From Nemertoderma westbladi (Eukaryota; Animalia; Xenacoelomorpha): a stretch of 64,000 nucleotides of DNA. A model generated the notes under the pieces. That model ran no database searches, had not been told where the DNA came from, and saw nothing but the letters and a program-made list of their open reading frames with translations. Positions 61,368-64,000 of this stretch are shown here, one piece after another. Positions within the stretch are counted from its first letter, which is position 1. Each line of letters opens with the position of its first letter. The stretch covers positions 1-64,000 of the forward strand of contig JAUCBJ010008264.1 of assembly GCA_032718475.1 (NCBI GenBank). The letters are read 5' to 3'. Made by a program: the position numbers and the translations under genes.

Positions 61368-61715
61368 TGTAAGCCGGGTTTTCAGAATAATAATAAGAGT
61401 CCGACAGTCCGATAGTATATTATTATCCACAATAAGGCCAAAACACAAATATAAGTAAAATCAGAAAATAGTAGGATACCATACCGGTAGTACCTACAGC
61501 AGTATAACAGTATAAACAACAGACAGACAGACCAAGAACTACTACTGTCTGCTACAGTCCTACTGTCCTACACGTACACCGCGTATGAATATTTCCTAAG
61601 TACTATATCTAAGAAAAAGGTAGTACGGCGGTTGTATATCATATCTCACATCTACTGTATCTAAGAAAAAGGAAAATGTAGTACGTAGTACGGCGGTTAT
61701 ATCTCATATCTCACA
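61368..61715 (-). repeat. 3' LTR (~348 bp)
   Basis: TG...CA termini with short inverted ends (TGTAAG / CTCACA); directly follows the polypurine tract; the 5' LTR is not in the window for comparison. Confidence 0.75.
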
Positions 61716-61725
61716 TCTTCCCCCC
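61716..61725 (-). promoter_or_regulatory. Polypurine tract
   Basis: GGGGGGAAGA immediately before TGTGAGA on the minus strand. Confidence 0.8.
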
Positions 61726-62437
61726 GGTACAAAACAAATCGCTTGTCCTCAAGCGATTCTACAGTATTACACAATAACTGAAATACGATGTAATTGACAA
61801 CAGTCTAGTAGACACTAAATAAGTAAAAAAAATGGAAATGTCCCTTTACTGAAAATATCAGAGATAAACTATTTCACAACATCAAGTTTCACAATCACAA
61901 CAAACCTAGATTATTTATCAAAGATAAAACAATATGATGCATAACATAATAAATTCCACAATGGCACTTAGTGCAAAACAACCAATATAAAAAAAATGGC
62001 AACTGTTCAGGGATATCTATAGCCTCCTTCCTTTAAGCATTGCTCAATAATAACACCAACAACATATTAGGCCTACTGTACCTTTAGTAATCTACTATAA
62101 AAGCACGTAAACCGCTGCTTACAGAAAGTAATTAATTATATTCTTAGCTTCTAGTCTATAATAAGTCTACCATAGAAAACCCACAAAATGTTACTTACAC
62201 AAACGAGTTTGTTAAATTGAGTTTTTATTTTAAACCAAGAACAAGCATTAAACACAACTACAGTATACATACAGTATGGCTATATATATAAAAAATAAAC
62301 CCCACATGGATTCACTACATTTGACTATACTCGACCCATGTTCCCCATACTTTACATTATTTTCACAGTTTCAATTTTGTTCCTTTCTTATATGGGTCCC
62401 GTACATAGTGTGAGACTTAAAACGCCTCCGACACCAA

Positions 62438-64000
62438 TTAGTCACTCTCAACCGCAGGAACCGTCGCCTCTGACGAATTATCACTTCGGCGAATGTACCT
62501 CTTTAAATCCTTAATATTAACCGTCTTTACCGGTGTTCTAGCCAACACACGTTTGCGGGGTGGTCTAATTCTGTAGGTCAAAGGTGACAACTTCTTTACA
62601 ATAATATATGGACCAGCCCAAGGATGTCGAAGTTTGTTGTTCTTTCGTTTAATGCTACGGTCAAAGTAAAGAACTTGTTGTCCGCAACGAAATTCCTGTG
62701 GAATTTTTATTACAGCTTTGTTCACCCGTTTATCGTGGTACACTTTCTGATGAACCTGGGCTTGCTGCAAACATTTCCGAGCTATATCCTGAGATTCTTG
62801 AAGTCTCCATTTCAACACTTCGGGGTATTCAGCAGTATCAGCGATTATGGAATACGGCCGTTCAATGAATGTATCTACTGGGACACGTGGTGTTCTGCCA
62901 AACATCATAAAGAATGGTGACACTTGTGTGCTACTTTGTTTGCTAATGTTGTAATTAAAAGCAACGAGGGGAAGTGATTCATCCCATCTGTTATTATCTG
63001 TACATGTTAACGACAACATGCTTAACATTGACCTGTTGGTACGTTCTGCCGCACCATTGCAAGCAGGATTATAAACAGCCGTTCTAAGGTGAGTGATGCC
63101 AAAGAGATTTTCTAATTCCTTGAAAAGATCCGAAAGAAAGTTACTTCCCTGATCAGTTAGAATGGTTTCTGGAGATCCGTACACTAGAAAAATATTGTTG
63201 ACAAGAGCTTTAGCAACAGTTGTCGCCTCTTCATTTGGAAGTGGTATTAAGAACCAGTACTTGGTTAAATTATCAATAACAGATAATATTTTGTTATTTC
63301 CATTAACAGTTTGTGGGAACCCCTTTACAATGTCCATAGAATGTCTCTCCATAGTTCTGGAAGGAATGGGAATGGGATGCACAGGCTGTAATGCAGGATA
63401 ACCTTTTCGACGTTGACAGAGGTCACACCCTTTAATATACTTATCAGCAGTCCCTTGCAAGTTAACCCAATAATAACGAGTCTGAATTGATGACATTACT
63501 TTATCAAGACCCAAATGCGATGATTGATCATGAAAATAATACAAGATCTGCTTACGAAGTAGTTCTGGAACAACAACTTGGATAACCTTTGACGATGTCT
63601 TTGCTTTCGAAAAATGTACCAATAATCCATCTACAAGACCATAATGGGTCTTTAGTTTATACATATGTTTCAACTCGCTTAACTCTACATCTGTTGAAGG
63701 TAATGTTCCATATTCTAGAAATGAAATCATTGGTCCTAAGTTCCTATCAGTTCGTTGAAAATGTCGTAACATACTGACAGAAATAAATCCAGAATTCTGC
63801 GGATGACCCACAGATCCAATGAAGTGATGTTGTAACGAATCGATCTCTAAACTGTCATCAACATCACCTGCAGATTGTACAATAGCTTCTATGTCGGAAC
63901 ACTGAGATACAATATCACCAATATCAGTTTCAAGAATGGTAAGATTATGTTCTACTTCATTAATAATATTCTGTAAGGCAGTAGGCTCATCATATGAAGG
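62438..64000 (-). CDS. pol: Gypsy pol polyprotein C-terminus (integrase), 5'-partial
   Basis: HHCC (FHDQSSHLG..CDLC), D-D-E core (SMDI, TDQG, AERTNR), GPY/F motif (WAGPYII); the frame stays open for 63 more codons from 63811 to the window edge. Confidence 0.95.
   Translation of the reverse strand, partial: PSYDEPTALQNIINEVEHNLTILETDIGDIVSQCSDIEAIVQSAGDVDDSLEIDSLQHHFIGSVGHPQNSGFISVSMLRHFQRTDRNLGPMISFLEYGTLPSTDVELSELKHMYKLKTHYGLVDGLLVHFSKAKTSSKVIQVVVPELLRKQILYYFHDQSSHLGLDKVMSSIQTRYYWVNLQGTADKYIKGCDLCQRRKGYPALQPVHPIPIPSRTMERHSMDIVKGFPQTVNGNNKILSVIDNLTKYWFLIPLPNEEATTVAKALVNNIFLVYGSPETILTDQGSNFLSDLFKELENLFGITHLRTAVYNPACNGAAERTNRSMLSMLSLTCTDNNRWDESLPLVAFNYNISKQSSTQVSPFFMMFGRTPRVPVDTFIERPYSIIADTAEYPEVLKWRLQESQDIARKCLQQAQVHQKVYHDKRVNKAVIKIPQEFRCGQQVLYFDRSIKRKNNKLRHPWAGPYIIVKKLSPLTYRIRPPRKRVLARTPVKTVNIKDLKRYIRRSDNSSEATVPAVESD

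Larger units (their letters stand above)
61368..64000 (-). mobile_element. Ty3/Gypsy LTR retrotransposon, 3' part
   Basis: Integrase at the C-terminus of pol, ~710-bp 3' non-coding region, polypurine tract and LTR. Confidence 0.92.

Overview
AT-rich eukaryotic (probably invertebrate animal) genomic DNA; no prokaryotic genes or CRISPR. The two large minus-strand zinc-finger ORFs (8785-10617 and 55901-58330) appear to be exons of ONE multi-C2H2 zinc-finger gene. Five exons (58287-55913, 55076-54961, 53826-53505, 53425-53244, 10633-8785) join with GT-AG boundaries and matching phases into >1,600 codons; the first exon(s) were not found in the window. The last intron (10634-53243, 42,610 bp) is about 99% filled by a ~42.3-kb satellite of a 23-bp unit with 21-, 15- and 60-bp variants and kb-scale higher-order duplications (2067/6428/6497/7242 bp). 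The array seems to have grown from the intron's own 5' end. On the transcribed strand it is C-free, G-rich and dense in 5'-splice-site-like motifs. The flanks contain a 68-bp minisatellite, several MITEs, SINE fragments, a decayed LINE RT, and a Gypsy LTR retrotransposon inserted into that LINE. All calls are by manual reading; no expression or database evidence was available.
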